A stretch of DNA of 64,000 bases from Bilabrum cf. latius (Eukaryota): contig OZ237761.1 of the NCBI GenBank assembly GCA_965178125.1, positions 372,001 to 436,000 of the forward strand, written 5' to 3'. Positions 51,652-63,100 of this stretch are shown one piece after another. Position numbers and translations under genes: made by a program. A model generated the notes under the pieces. The model saw only the letters and a list, made by a program, of their open reading frames with translations, had not been told where the DNA came from and made no database searches. Numbering within the stretch: the first letter of the stretch is position 1; the number at the start of each line of letters is the position of its first letter.

Positions 51652-54600
51652 ATGTGTATGCAAGCAACTCTCCGATGCGCTAGAAGCGTCTTCATTCAAG
51701 TGGCACCACCGACTTCCTACAGCAGAACATTCGAGCAGTACGTGTTGGAGCATGCACTCTAGTCTGAATCTATTTCCGAGGCTGGTACACTGCCTGATGA
51801 TTCACAAGGCATTTCCGATGGCACGGGCGGCGTCGTTGTGGTGCACTGGTGCGGCTGTTGTTAGCCCGGACCACGGAAACACGGCCGTGGCCCTGTCCAG
51901 CTCAGCTAGTCAGCATCATGTTGTGACGCTTGGCGAGCTGCATGGTTGCGCTGGCCGCCAATCTGGGGTCCGGCGGTGTGGCCTCTTCAAGTTGAACACA
52001 TGTACTCGCTGTATGCAGTTGAAGCCACAAGCACCTACCGCCGAGGCGTTTACTTTGTGTGTCTGGTTTTAGCAATATACTACTGGTTTGATTCAGTGGT
52101 TTTCGATGTGCATGACCCGCAGTTTCCAGAGCTTCGGCCGGATCGCATCTCGTATCGCTGGGCGGCTTTTGGTCGCACTCTGCAGCTGTTCTCGATGGTC
52201 GTTTGTGTCACAGTGTACATTGTTAGGTATAGCGTACCAAGTGGTTCGTTGAAGCTGGTAGAGCTCATCATGTGGATATTTGCATCGCTGGGGCAGCACA
52301 TACGCGCCGCAGTCTCGACAGACCCAGTTCAGTTCAGCCGCTTCGTAACCGGCTGGGGGGCCTTGGTGAAGCTGGCGGTTGCTTTTTTCACAGGCATGGG
52401 CTTCGAACTAACGACAGTATTTTGCGTAATTGATGCAGTGGCTCAGAATTTCGTGCAGTATTTCTACGACCCGTCCCACGACAGGTTTGCAGCACTGCAG
52501 TTCAGCATGATCAGCTGCTCATTAGGAGTCATCGGAAGCTTCTTGTTCGAAAAAGCCGCCCGTGAGACCTTCCTGCTTCGCCTGCGCCTGTACACGCAGC
52601 TGGTGCGAGGTGCCAATGCCGCCCTCTCCCAGCACGGCATGCTGGACGGGTCTCCCGCCGCTGTGGCCCTGGTGGGCGCGGGGTATGCCACTGTGCGACT
52701 TGACGTCCCCATGCACGAACCGGGTGCTGCAGGCAGCACTCCTAAGATTAAATACTATCGACTCGACCTGCACCGCAATCCCACCGTGGTGGTGTCCACC
52801 ACGGGCCTGCTGCGAATCCTGGACGGCTTGCAGGAAGCCTTCCAGAAGCATGGGCTAGACTGGATACACCTGATAGATCGCCATGCAGGAAGGTCCAGCT
52901 CGACGGATGGCCGAAGCGCTACGGGCTAGGAGCCAGCCCCCATGCTCGAGCACACGGGCAAGGACCTCGTCAGGATGCTCGGCGTGTGCAAGCAGGACAG
53001 ACCGCTGGCGTACTGGGCGCTGTTCTGCGCGCCCGATCGGCAGGACGATGACTTTCGTGCTGCTGCTCTGCGCGCGTCTCTGAGCTTGGAAGAGCACTCT
53101 GTGTCGCTGCTGAAGGGCATTAAAAAGCTGGGTGCGTGCGCATACCTGCGGGACAGAGATGATGGCCGACATATTTCCGTCGAATCGGCACGGCTGCACA
53201 CCGCCACTCGCAGGGGCAGCAAGCTTTAGACGTCCCTGGCGCTGTCGCCCGTACTCCCCCGACAGACCATGGGATACAACGCACAAGAATCACACAGCCA
53301 AGCAGTCGCATTGTCTAGCGCCTAGAATTAGGCCGATTCCAGTCTTACACACGATGATAAGGTTGGAGTCAGCCAGCTCCATGCGAGCGCCATGCAGAGG
53401 TCAGACACATCTTGCGATTCGAAAGAAGATACAAGCCGCACCTCGTCACGATAGCATAGGTCTATACAACCTGCAGGTGTGTTGATTGGTGGATCGGTTG
53501 ACGAGAGTGGCACGAGTGACACCACAGCTACAAGCGCGGATGATGTTGCTGCGCTCGTCCACCAGCCGCCACTGGAGCATTTGTCCTCATAGTCGACTGT
53601 GTCCATGGCCGGCATCGAGGTGGCAGTACGAGACTGGACCGCCCAGCGGATCCAGAGAGAGCAGCATAACGAACATGGCTCTGCACGTGGCGAAGGCGGG
53701 TCTGGCCACAGTGACTGTGGGCTAGATGGCGTAGCAAGGAGCCCCTCTACCGATGATTACGAGGCATACAGTGTGTTCCAAACGGTCAGCAGCCATAAAA
53801 GCTGCACGCGCGACGCTGCTATGGCATGTGATATTGCCTTCGGTTTCAACCCGTGCTGCTGCCTGTCTTTCTGCTGCAATTGCCGCTTCGATGGACCAGT
53901 GCGAGAGGTAGGCGGTCCCGGTGACAGCATCTTGCAGCTGTCCGACAGACTCACAGAGCTCTTCTATGTCAGTCGATCTGCAGCGAGCGTCGGGGCAACG
54001 CTGGAGCTGCAGCCGCTGCAGCAAGTCAGAGCCGCGGTGGAGCCGTGGCACGAGCTGCAGCGCATGAAGGAAGAGAGCGAGCGCCTGCAAGATGCATCGC
54101 TGCGGCGGGCGAGCGACCCTGCCGGTGCCGGGCTGCACCGTATGCGGTCCTTGTACGACGATCCTGGTCTGATCCGAGCGATCTCGTCGCATCACGAGGA
54201 ACCGGTGCCAGCTCTCCGGAGGTACGGGAGCCGTCGCAAGCCGAAGCAACGTGTCCACGCGATGCCTGGGGTGGCGTATGCTACCAATGCTGACAACGTG
54301 CAGCGCACGACGACTGGTGTATCGGATGATAGTACTATGCAGTGGCAGGGGAATCCAACCAGCGGTGACGTGAGCACACCGCTGGCGGAGTTCATCGGCG
54401 GCCGGCTAGTGGCGCGGCCAAGGTCAGGAAGCAACAGGGTCCTCGGTGAAGCTTCGTCTGCCGTGCACCCGACTCATGCTGCGGCACCAAGTGATATTGA
54501 GTAGGTGCACGAGCTGGCTTGTGCTGAACCAGGCATGGCTCCATCGGCCGAGCAGGAGCAGGCACGGTCGCGTGGTGACAGGGAACAACGGGAGCTACAC

Positions 54601-55527
54601 GCGACTTCGCTGGACTCCGCCCTGAGCAGAGGCAGGGAGTCATCTATGATGAGTGCGTCCGATGAGCCCGCACCTGACAGCAGCAAAGGCCATTCGCTGG
54701 AAGACTGCTCAAGGTAGCAGTTTAGCTTGGAAGAAGAGACACGTCTGCACAGCAGAAGCACGCCACACCCCTCGACCATAGCGCCAAGTGCACCAGCACT
54801 ACCTGGCTTGCATACCAGAGGTGCCATGGTGCCCGATGCCACAGTCGCAGCCCGCATCCGACTCGTGCACCCCTCAGACTGGAAGAGGTCCCGGCTGGGC
54901 CGTGGCCTGCTACGTGGGTCTGCGGCGGGTGTGAGATCTCCGTTATCTGCAGGAGCGGGAAGTCCTTCCGCTACTGGTGGTTCTGCTGCGAGTGGTGGAT
55001 CCTTGCCTAGAGGTGGGACATCGGAATCCATGGTCTCTCTGTCAACAGATGACGGTGAGGTGTATAGGGGATCAAGCGAGGGCCCAGCCAAGGGCGGGCT
55101 GAGGCAAGGGCATGTCCAGGAGATGGTGGAGGTGCGGCGACGGTTCCGTGGCTTGCTGTCCAGACTGCAGGGTTAGAGTCAGGGGCAGGATTAGAGGCGC
55201 GATGTCAGCCGAGGCCAATTGCACCGTCCATAGCATGGCTCCAGCTGTGTGCATGTGCACCGCAAAGGACCAGGCATATCTGGTGCATCGAGCCTTGAGG
55301 GTGCAGGCGCTTAGCAGGCCGGTCACTCGAGACGAGGCGACATAGATGGTGCTTTCCCAGGGAATGTGCTTGCTTCCAGTGGCTGGCCCATCCTTCGGTC
55401 CACCCCTGACGAGAGGCATGTCGTGCTGCGGGTGGGGCTGGGCAACACGGTGGTGGCTGAGGTGTACCTGATGGCGAGGAGGCACGAAGGGGGCGCGGTT
55501 GTGTCGCTGACTCTGATGTCGAACTGA
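51652..55527 (+). CDS. 6-TM receptor-like protein, tandem paralogue 4 (~1291 aa)
   Basis: Single frame with about 15 TAGs; TGA stop. Confidence 0.85.
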
Positions 55528-55897
55528 AATCAAAACAATGATGTCTGAATAATTGCTTTGGCTATCAATTCCGAGAATGGGATGCCAGTGGGCGGCGCGG
55601 CCATGTGGTGCGACAGCCCACTCTTGGCTCCCAGCAGGGCGACCGTCCCGTTCTGTCGCGGTTGACTTGATTCGGATGTAATCAATCGGGTCGCGTTTCC
55701 GTGAGCCGCGACTCGATGAAGCCCACTGCGACCATGCCACAGTTTGCCAGTGGTTCAATATCACAAAACCGGAACAGGCATCCTTGTAATCTTCCTTCTG
55801 GATCCTCAGCCAAGCAAAAAGTGCCTAGATCGTCCTTTTCGTTCAGAATAATATTTTTCGCACTTACTTGCAGCGCCTGGTCTCACCTGCGATTGCT

Positions 55898-58800
55898 ATG
55901 CAAGCAAGTACAATGCTGTGCAGACGCTGGCAGCTGCAGTTTGCTCCACCTGCCTCGTACTTGATAATGCTAGAGCAGCTTGTACTGGAGCATTTGTACA
56001 CGTTTCAGAATAAATGGATCCAACCTGGTTCGCAGGAGCTGCCGTCATTGAGTAGATTCGAAATTGTTGGAGCCAGCCGGTGTGGATCCTGCATGCCTCC
56101 TTACGCGGGCTCTCGCGGAGAATGCCTAGGACCCTCGATTTACCCCATGCAAGCAGAGCAAGTCTTCCATCTATTCAATTTGGAATCTGCCGGGAGCATT
56201 AGGCGGACGTTGTACGTCCTGGCTGTGCTAACCACGTCGTATTACTGGCTCGATTCCGCAGTATTCGACGTCAGAGACCCAATCTATCCCGAGTTAACAC
56301 CAGGAACAAGCTCATATATGTGGGCGATTGTTGCAAGAACTATTGCTGTACTGGCGATGGTCGTGTGTCTTGTGCTTTACGTGCAGCGGTTCGCTCTTGT
56401 GCCTAGGACACTACATGCGATTGAACTATCCATGTGGTTGGTCGCATCGGCTGGGTAGCATCTTCGAGCAGCGATCGCCAAAGACCCCGTCGAGTTCAAC
56501 AAATTTCTGACGGGCTGGGGCACTCTGTCCAAGCTGGTTGTAGCGACCTTCTCCGGGCTGAGTTTCGAGCTGTCCCTCACCTACTCTGTACTCGACGCTG
56601 CGGCGCAAAACATAGTGCAATACTATTTCGACCCGCAGAACAGGCGGTTTGCCGCCCTGCAGCTCAGTATCGTTAACACTGCTGTTGCAATCGCCGCATC
56701 GTACGTGCTCTCTCTGCTGGCCAGGGAGATGTTCCTGCTGCGGCTGCGGCTGTATGTGCAACAGCTGAGAGGCACCAATGCTGCGATCGCGCAGCACGGG
56801 CTGCTGGATGCAGCTCCAGCCGCAATGGCACTGGTCAAGCCCGGTTATGCAACGGTACGCTCTTCTCCGGCCTCGGGTGCCGATGGGGAGTCTAATCAAG
56901 CAGGGCTGCGAGTCGACCTGCACAGCCCACCGTCGGTCTCAATGATGACGCAGGGCGCAAACAGGGTGCTCGATCATATTGAAGCTCAGTTTCACAAGCA
57001 CGGACTGCATTTCATTTCGCTAAGGAGTGGGAAAAGGCGGCTGGGCAGCAGTAGAGACGGTGTTGCTAGCTCGCAAGCCCCCATGCTCGAGCACACGGGC
57101 AAGGACCTCATCAGGATGCTCGGCGTGTGCAAGCAGGACAGACCGCTGGCCTACTGGGCGCTGTTCTGCGCGCCCGATCGGCAGGACGATGACTTGCTGA
57201 CGGCGAGCCACGAGGCTTCAAAATCATTAGCCTCGCACTCGATTCACCTGATCCAGCGCCTAAAGCATAGCGCAGGCTTGTCAACCAGCATGCAGACGCA
57301 TCATGAGTAGCCTGTACAGCCCAATATTGACCACGGCACCAACGATTCGCATGGAAACAGCTCTGGCCTGCACAAACTGGCTGGCATCCTGGCTGGGTCC
57401 AGCAGCAGCGACACGGGCCATGCCGGCTCCTCGGACTCGCGCAGCCGCGGACATACGCTGCATGCGGCGGAGGACACTAGTAGCGGTCCATAGCTAGCAG
57501 GGCACCCTGCTGAAGAGATCAGCAGACTTTTCCGCGAAGCGCGGGATGCACCGAGTACTCGAGACGCCTTCCCAGGTGAGGCCCACGGCGTGCGACAAAT
57601 GACCTCAATTACAGCAACAACAACCAGGAAGAGAGGGCACGCTGGCCGGGCATCTTCGTCGACGATTCCAACCAGCGATCCAGCAGCAGTCCCCGTATCT
57701 GTGGTAGATTGGTCAAGCGACCCCAAAGAATCCAAATCGCCGAGACAGAACGCTTCCAGTGTGCCCGCTGCATCGCGGTCTGATGGTGCACTGCGGACCG
57801 GTAGAGTGAGCCAGCGGAGCCTTTAGTCATGGTGCTGCCTCTGGCGTCAGTAGGATTGCTGCTGTGGGACGGCAGAACCAAGCAAAGGTAGCAGCAGCTG
57901 CTTCTGCTGTCCGTGCGTGGAACAAAGCGATGTTGTGGTGGAGGAGCTCGCAGCTAAGATGTCAGCTCTATTCGTCATGAGCCGGGCAGCGGCAGGAGTC
58001 GGCGCTACACTCGAGCTTGAGCCACTCGATCAAGTTAGGGCGGCGGTGGAGCCGTGGTCTCACGCAAACTCCCTATTGCATGCAACTCGCCCTATCCAAT
58101 TAAACCGAGCATCAGTCGGCACGTCGGAGACATACAGCTTCAACTCGAGCCCAAGCCAGCGGCCAGCTCCACTGCCTGCCCTGCGTCGCTATGGAGACCG
58201 TCTCGCTCGCCGCGATCAGGCAATCACGCGGTAGCACCTACCCGGAGTCCCTAGTGCAGCACTTACGGACCAGTAGGAAGTAACAGCGCGAGATGGGATG
58301 AGGAAGAGGCCGTTTTCATCGCCAAGTGGTGAGGCCACAAGAGGCTCGTCAAGCCGGTCATCATCTGTGATTGGGTCTGCAGGGCACTCAGGCCTGCTAG
58401 CGGTGGCAGGCGGCAACTAGCTTGTTGCAAGCGGATCAAATCCAGCAGACTTTACGTCGTTGTCTACTGTAAACAAACAGTCGGGAGATGGCATGGAATC
58501 AGCGGGAGTGAGCAGCATTGGACTCGTTCGCCGAGGGCTCTCTACTCGCCCGGGCACCTTTGAAACTGGACAGTTGCGAGATAGCATCGAGATGCAGCCA
58601 GTGAAGACTTCTTCAAATCGTGATCATAGCCACGATCAAGCAGAGCAGGTAGAGTATGAGCCTTAGCGTGTCGGGCAAGCAGCCCCACGTGCTAGCGGGG
58701 TACCGCGATTGGGTGACCGTGACATGGAATCGCAAGAAAACGCTGGTGCAGCCCAAAGTAGCCGGGAAGAAAACGATCAAGATTCCCCGCTGGATGTCGA

Positions 58801-59650
58801 CACCACCGAAGCAGCATCGGTTGACTCAGCAGAAGTGGTAATTGATACCTCAACACATCCTGTGTAGCTCGCGAGCGCCGGCAAATCGAGCCGGACCTCA
58901 CAATCCATGGGTCCCCAAAGGCCAGATGCCAGGGAACAGCGAGAAAGGGCGCACTCAAGACTAGCTCCTGCTGCCTCAGTTGCTTCCAGAATGCGCCTTG
59001 TACACTCTCCTGGCTGGATCAACGCCGCTCTAGGCAGGGGTCTCCTATCTCCTGCTGTGCCAGTCGGATCTTCAGGGCAACGTGGACCTGCATCCACACG
59101 AAGACGCCATCCGAGTCCAGTTCCACTTAGGCTAGGGAAGGGGCAATCTGTGTCGATTCATCAAAGGCAGCGTTTGGCGGATTCACTCGACAGCTACGAG
59201 TCAAGCGACAGCGACGGTATTGATGCCACCGCAGTTTCGAGGACGCCTGCCCTTTAGCACGGTGCGGGCGACGACACTGAAATTGAAATGGGCAGGAACA
59301 CGGTGGAGGTGGTCGAGGTCAGGAGGTAGTTTCGGGGGTTGGTGTCTCAGCTGCATCCCGCTGGCGCGAGTGCCAGTGTGCTGGAGGACGCGGGCGCAAG
59401 TGTGCCTGGTGCCAGCGGTGAGTCAATTACTCGTTCGAACTTAAGAGGTGGTATAGACGACGAGCTGCAGGGCTCTGCGATGATGGGTGGCCTGGTACAT
59501 CCCAAATTTGGCTGGCCCATCCTTCGGTCCACCCCTGACGAGAGGCATGTCGTGCTGCGGGTGGGGCTGGGCAACACGGTGGTGGCTGAGGTGTACCTGA
59601 TGGCGAGGAGGCACGAAGGTGGGGTGGTGACTTCCTTGGCAGTTATTTAA
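55898..59650 (+). CDS. 6-TM receptor-like protein, tandem paralogue 5 (~1250 aa)
   Basis: Single frame with about 12 TAGs; ends in TAA close to where its paralogues end in TGA. Confidence 0.83.
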
Positions 59651-60118
59651 GCAAATAGTTTCGCTATTTGTATCGCGCAACCATGACCTTGACGAAAACG
59701 GTCTAAATTCAGATTTTGATTGTACAGTGCAAAAAGCTCGAGAACTCCGGCCATTTGGCATATCTTCGCTGGTAGTGGCTGAGGTAAGCTATTCCTACAA
59801 CACTGGTCATACCGCACTTGGTATTTGTGCGCTATATCTGAAGTGAGGTAGGGCGATTTGCCTCGCGAGTCGATTGATCAACTCTTCATCTTATTTGACC
59901 AGTTGGCGCTTGGGTGTTGGTCCTGTGCAGACCCAATTTGAAACTTCAGATGCAGTACATCCATGAGCCAGTTGTTTAAATATTCTATGTAATACCGTAC
60001 ACCACCCATGAAGCGATGGTAGAATCGTTGATTGCTTGGATATAGCAATCCTACTTTTGAGCCGCATTGAATCTGCAATTTTTTGCTGCAAAGCAATTTA
60101 TTTCGTAGAGTGACAAGC

Positions 60119-63100
60119 ATGGCTCAGCCATCAAAAGGAAGATCCTCGTTGGCCGGATCAGCTGGTTCCACTGAGGAGCTCGAAGCCAAACTACCCCTGA
60201 TCCTGTAGCGAGCGAGATGCAGTCACGATGCCTCACAAGTCAAGAGATACATGAATGGCGTCGACGTTTCGTACCATGCCGTCCGAGATCCAGCTGTGGA
60301 TGGGCCAGCGCCAGATGCTGAACTGAGAGCAGCGCCAGGTACCGATGCTGGACCCGCACCGCTACCACTGCTGGAGCCAGGGCCAGACCTGCCTCCGGGC
60401 TCTCATGTGTTTTGGGTCTCCATCTCGCTGCGGAGGCTCGGCATCGGCGGTGAATCTGCAGCAGCTCTCGGCCTCGAAGAAGACCTGCCCTGGGTCTGTT
60501 TCCGCATGGTGCTCGATCGCCGGTACGAAGGAGCCCTGCACGAGGCCAAGGACCACGAGGAGGACGAGGAGGAGGGTGGCAGCAGTGGCAGTAGATCTAG
60601 CCACAGTGGTGCCGCCAGTGGTGCCGGTGCCGGCGCGGCCACTGCTGCTGGCGCTGGGTCAGGATCCGGTGGACTGCGAATCGTCAGCAAGGAGCACTTT
60701 TACCAGAGCGAGGTGCCCCACATGGGACCCGAGCCGCCTAAGATCCAGCGCAGCGACGGCAGGGATGTGGATGAGATGGACGCGGCGGATGCAACAGCGA
60801 CTGGAGCCGGCGATGGTAGTGGTGCTGGCAGGGATGTGTTTGCTCGGTGCGTACCATTTGGGCTGACCGGTCTCCTTTACGACCGACTCAGCCGGTGGTT
60901 CTTCGGTGGAAAGCTACGGGGTTACATGCAGGGGGCAGCGTTGCGCGAGAGCGGCTTCGGCGGTACGGCTGGTGGAGATGAAGAAGCGCAACACGACACG
61001 CCTAACTGGATCGACCTTGCGTTCACGGTACAGCAGCCCGAGGTTGAGGAAGAGAAGCCGCCACCGCCTGTCGCGGCGGCGGCAGCAGCAGCAAGCCCGG
61101 CGCGAGACATCGACTACGACGTGGTGTCCTATCTGGGATCATCGGACGCAAACATGCCCGGTGGTGTATTTTCGGACACCATGTGGCCCGTGCGCCTGCA
61201 CAGCCAGCATGGCGATGTGGTGCACCTGCAGCTTGCACTGCAGAAGCAGCTGGAGTCCAAAGCAGCCAGGGTGGGCTTCTCCTACGCCTCAATCGAGCGG
61301 GACCACGCAATTATGATGGCCGGCGCTTTCGCGGAGGAGACTGAGACTGATCCTGGCGGCACTGCGGGAGCTGGGCTGGCTGTGGCTACGGACCGAATGA
61401 GTGCATCCGCATCTGCAGTCCCTGCCAAAGCGGAGCCCACGCCAGACGCAGGCGAAACGGGTGACGAGCTCATTGGCCTTGATGAGGCCCAGGGGCTGAA
61501 GACTAGGCAGCTGTCGGAGCAGTACGGCAAGTCAAAACTCAGCCTCGTAAACGCCAGGCAGATTTTAGCTTTGCACGGATGGAGCGTGGAAGCAGCGCAA
61601 ACGACATTGTCGAATGATCTAACGGTGAGAGATTTAGCTGCGGCCGGTGAATTGCCCTCCGAGCTCTCGTCATGGAGCTCGTCATCCGGTGGCACTTCTG
61701 GCTCGAGCAAGCCCGGTGCTGCCGCTTCAGGATAGTCATTGCATCCACTGGCGGACCAGTCACCAAAGGTACAGCGGCTGTGCCGCACGTACGCGATACC
61801 TCCTTCTGATGCGTTGTTTGCACTTGAGAACGCTGGGACCGAGGAGGCAGCCAGCGCGTTCTTGTCCAACAAATCGCTTGCTTCTGCCAGCGGCATCAGG
61901 TTTGGAGAGGGGCCTGTCGGCCCAGGCGACTGGATCCCCGCCGATGACATTGCCGGTGCTCCAGCGGGAGGGGCTGCACCTGCTGCCTCCAGCGGGACAG
62001 GCACTTGGGGCGCTGCCCACGGCGGCTCAGGGTCTAGTGCGACCGCATTTAGCCGCGGCAGCTGCGCTCGTAGCTTGGGCGGGATCGTGATACCTGAGTG
62101 CAAAACCATGGGACAGAAGAAGGAGTTTCTGCAGCTTCGGTTTGGGCTGTCCGAAGACGATGCGCTAGAGGTTGTCTCCTGCGCTGGGTATGATATCCAT
62201 GTTGCGGTGAAACTACTAGGGGATAAAGACGCCATGGAAACAATGGGCGTTACGGTTCCAGACTCCATGCGAATCAAGTCTCCAGAAGAGCTGGCACAGG
62301 TGGATGCAGGCGAGAAGGTGCTTGAGCGGCTGACTCCCTTCGAGCATGATGCACTGGAATGGCTATGGGTTAGATGCACGCAGAAAATACCCGCGGCTGT
62401 GATCACCCGATGGGCCTTCATAGCTGCCTACTCTCAGTTGGGCGGCGAGAGACTCTACGAGCTCATTAGCAACGACCAGGTCATCAACATCCTGGACGCG
62501 TCCACCGCCGCACAGTCCTCTGCAGCTGCAAGTGCTGCCGGTGGGGCAGGATCCAAGGAGGAAGGGGTGCCAACAGCAGATAAGGCAAACGCAGCCAAGC
62601 TAGCCGCTGTCCTCGCCGAGTAGTAGACGGAGCCATTCCTGACGACGTGGAACCCGCTCGCCAGCGTCTCTCTATTCTCGCTTCGGCTGCTTCGCAATGC
62701 GAACAGGTGCTGCCTCAGCTGTGGGGTCCTTCTCCGTGTGAATGGTATGCGCCCTACTATGTGCGGTCGTTCGCAGTGTGCGCATCGGCACGCTTCGCTC
62801 TGGCTTGGCAACGCGCTCCACAGCTTTGTGATGCGTCATCCACGGGTGATGGACTTGCTGATATCATTCTTCTATACCTTCGTACATTCCTGCCCAAGGG
62901 TGCGAATGCCACTGCGGTGGCCGCACGGCTTGTCCAATAGGGGCCGGATGGGCGTGACGGCCGCCACGGAGGTCACCATCGGACCCGAGCCAAATGATGC
63001 AGACCTGGAAAAGCTCAAGAAGGCAATCGCAGCATGTCCCAGCGTGGACTCGATGCAACGGACGGGCAGGAGGGGCGGGACCGATGCACTCGAAGCAAGG

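Noticed and set aside
38459-59650. A-to-I editing of UAG to UGG (Trp), pyrrolysine, or TAG=Leu
   Set aside because: Aligned paralogue positions hold Gln, not Trp, Leu or Lys, and TAGs concentrate in polar disordered linkers where Trp and Leu are unlikely.
17488-62421. Long antisense and alternative-frame ORFs (for example 17595-18197 +, 29788-30639 -, 40328-41224 -, 61282-62421 -)
   Set aside because: They are shadows of GC-rich coding sequence on the other strand or frame, with no recognisable motifs.
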